Below are positions 62,059-64,000 of a stretch of DNA of 64,000 nt, piece after piece; positions within the stretch are counted from its first letter, which is position 1; every line of letters begins with the position of its first letter. The stretch lies in assembly GCA_976551045.1 (NCBI GenBank), contig CDPCPM010000077.1:7254001-7318000 (forward strand), written 5' to 3'. Origin of the DNA: Glaucostegus cemiculus (taxonomy: Eukaryota). A model generated the notes under the pieces. The model was given only the letters and a program-made list of their open reading frames with translations, was not told the DNA's origin and ran no database searches. Position numbers and translations under genes: made by a program.

Positions 62059-64000
62059 CTGTGATCTATCTCGATGGCATGCAAACAAAAGCTTTTCACC
62101 GTATCTCAGTACGTGACAATAAACTAATTACCAATTACATCCTCTGCCTCCACACATAGATTACCTTTATGATTTATAATGGGGCATAGTGATTCCTTAG
62201 TTAGCCTCTTGATCTTTATGTAGGTATACAACATCTTTACATTTTGTTTGAATTTCCTTGTCAGTACTTTTAATTTAACCCTACACTTTCTACATTCTCC
62301 TTGACTTTCTGCTGTGTTAAGCTCAAACTCTCAGTGCCTGACATAAGCTTCCCCTTTTTGCCTTATCCTACATTCAAGGGAACTTGTCATACAGCGGACT
62401 CATGGTTTGGCAGACTCGCCTGTTTTCTTTGTGGGAATGTGTTGTCCTTGAACCTCTTGAATCTTCCTCTTAAGTGTCTCCCATTACTCCGAGACTGATT
62501 TATCTTCATGGCTCTTTTCAGCCCACGTTTTGCCAAATAATTTCTCAGCCTCGTAAAATTAACCTTGCCCCAATTTAGAACTTTTAATTTTTTTCTTCTG
62601 TATTCTGTTTCATAGCGATGCTACATCTTACTGACTTACCATCATTGTCACAAAAACGTTCTCCCACCTACCCAACTTCCCCCTTTCTTGCTGGCCTTGC
62701 TACATACTGACTAAGGTGTTCTCCTGAATGCAATTTAGATATTTAGAATTCACTGACTGTATCCAAATAGAGTAAAGTTCCAATAATCTAACAGGCAAAT
62801 TAGTAGATTGTCCAGACTAGTGGATGTATCTCCTATTAATACCCAAAGAAACTTCTATATCACTAATTTTACATATTACACCATTGTGTGATAAATTTTC
62901 CAGTGTACTTGGTGAGTTCAAAGGGAACAGGAACTCTGGATGCTGGCTCCCACCTGCCCACAAACCCCCCTGCACACTGGACCCCCCCCGATTCACAAGA
63001 GTAAGAGCCCACTGCAACACCAGCCTGCATGTGTCGAGTGGGAGAGAAACCATAGACTTCTGACAAAACTATTCAGCCACAGCTGACACTAAGTGGTTTT
63101 TAAATTGGCCCAGAGAACAACAGCTAGAAGCACTAATTTCATAGAATGACCTACATCCGGAAGCCCTGATCAAAAGGCTTTTTACTTCCTGGAATGCCAT
63201 AAGTAAATTAGCTACTTTGTCAGAAAACCCTGTTTGTTGTTTCAGTGCATGAGTGGAAATTATTCGGGCCAACTGTACGGCAGTTCGTGAACTAAAACCA
63301 GTATTTTCAGGTTAATTTTCATGTTTTTAGAGTGAAGGAACTCAACTGTGGAGAAGGTTACAGTTTCAGCCCTCTTGATTTTAAACTTAAGGGACAATTT
63401 TACACGTCAATGTTACAGGATAGAGATGGTTGCAGAATGATTAACTTACTTGGATGGCTGAACCTTTGAGTTGGAGCCATGGGATCAAATCCCACCTATG
63501 TGGTGGGGTAATTTAAATTTAATTAAATACGTCTAAAATACAGATAGTTCGGCCATAACGTGTGTTTCCATAATGCAAATTGGTTATATCATGGTTGGTG
63601 GATTAGGGAACACTATTTGCATTACATGGGCTCCATTGATAAGAGCGCAATTGGGAAAACCTGTTTAAATCTGTGCGTTGAAGGCAACAACAGCCAGTTC
63701 TGCTATAACACGACTTCTTAAGGAATGTAACTATCGAGTTAGAGCTCAACTGCCTGTATTTAAACAGTTAAGTGACTACTCCTGAATTGTCATTAAAAAC
63801 CCAACTGACTCAGTAATTCCCTTCCGTGAGGGAAATCTACCATCCTAAGCGGTCCTGCCTATACGTGGCTCCAGATCTACAATATCAGGAGAGACAGGCA
63901 CTAGTTTTGCCAGCAATGACCATATTCGTGAAAAAAAATCTCTCCTTCCCTTCAGAGGTAAATATCCAAATGTTTTGGTGCATGGGATAAGCAGAAATTC

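Larger units (their letters stand above)
59735..62135 (+). mobile_element. Rex1/Babar-like LINE 3' end split by an LTR (60048-60883) and a CR1 (~60995-62058)
   Basis: KKLQRAVIAVRSITQTSLPSIDSTYTSHWLGKATNII; the 3' UTR resumes at 60884-60993 and 62060-62135. Confidence 0.75.

Noticed and set aside
61574-62099. Reverse-transcriptase ORFs as an active retroelement or domesticated gene
   Set aside because: 5'-truncated, frameshifted CR1 copy.

Overview
Vertebrate nuclear DNA. The repeat content (V-domain and Deu-domain SINEs, CR1, Rex1/Babar, RTE and Penelope-like fragments) points to a cartilaginous fish, probably a ray; the taxon is an inference. Two protein-coding genes are readable, arranged tail-to-tail as in the human 17q12 locus. 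The first is the last four coding exons of a Polycomb RING-finger gene, PCGF2/Mel-18 (+; 550-592, 2636-2734, 2829-2909, 5636-5956). The second is the last coding exon of the mitochondrial CDGSH iron-sulfur protein CISD3/MiNT (-; 40670-40482), which is absent from the supplied ORF track. Most of the remainder is intronic or intergenic and dense in decayed retroelements, including two pairs of solo-LTR-like elements, and there is a 128-N assembly gap. Nearly all ORFs in the track are spurious or LINE remnants. Best leads: (i) several minimal type I hammerhead-ribozyme motifs in Penelope-like repeats, all mutated in the core; (ii) a solo LTR carrying a ~210-bp inverted copy of one end, with a single target-site duplication around the composite; (iii) an orphan CpG-rich promoter-like region with an RFX X-box and a G-quadruplex motif 3' of PCGF2; (iv) the missing upstream CISD3 exons. 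I cannot support a wholly new multi-gene system from this sequence. Repeat boundaries are approximate and family names come from motif recognition, not database searches.
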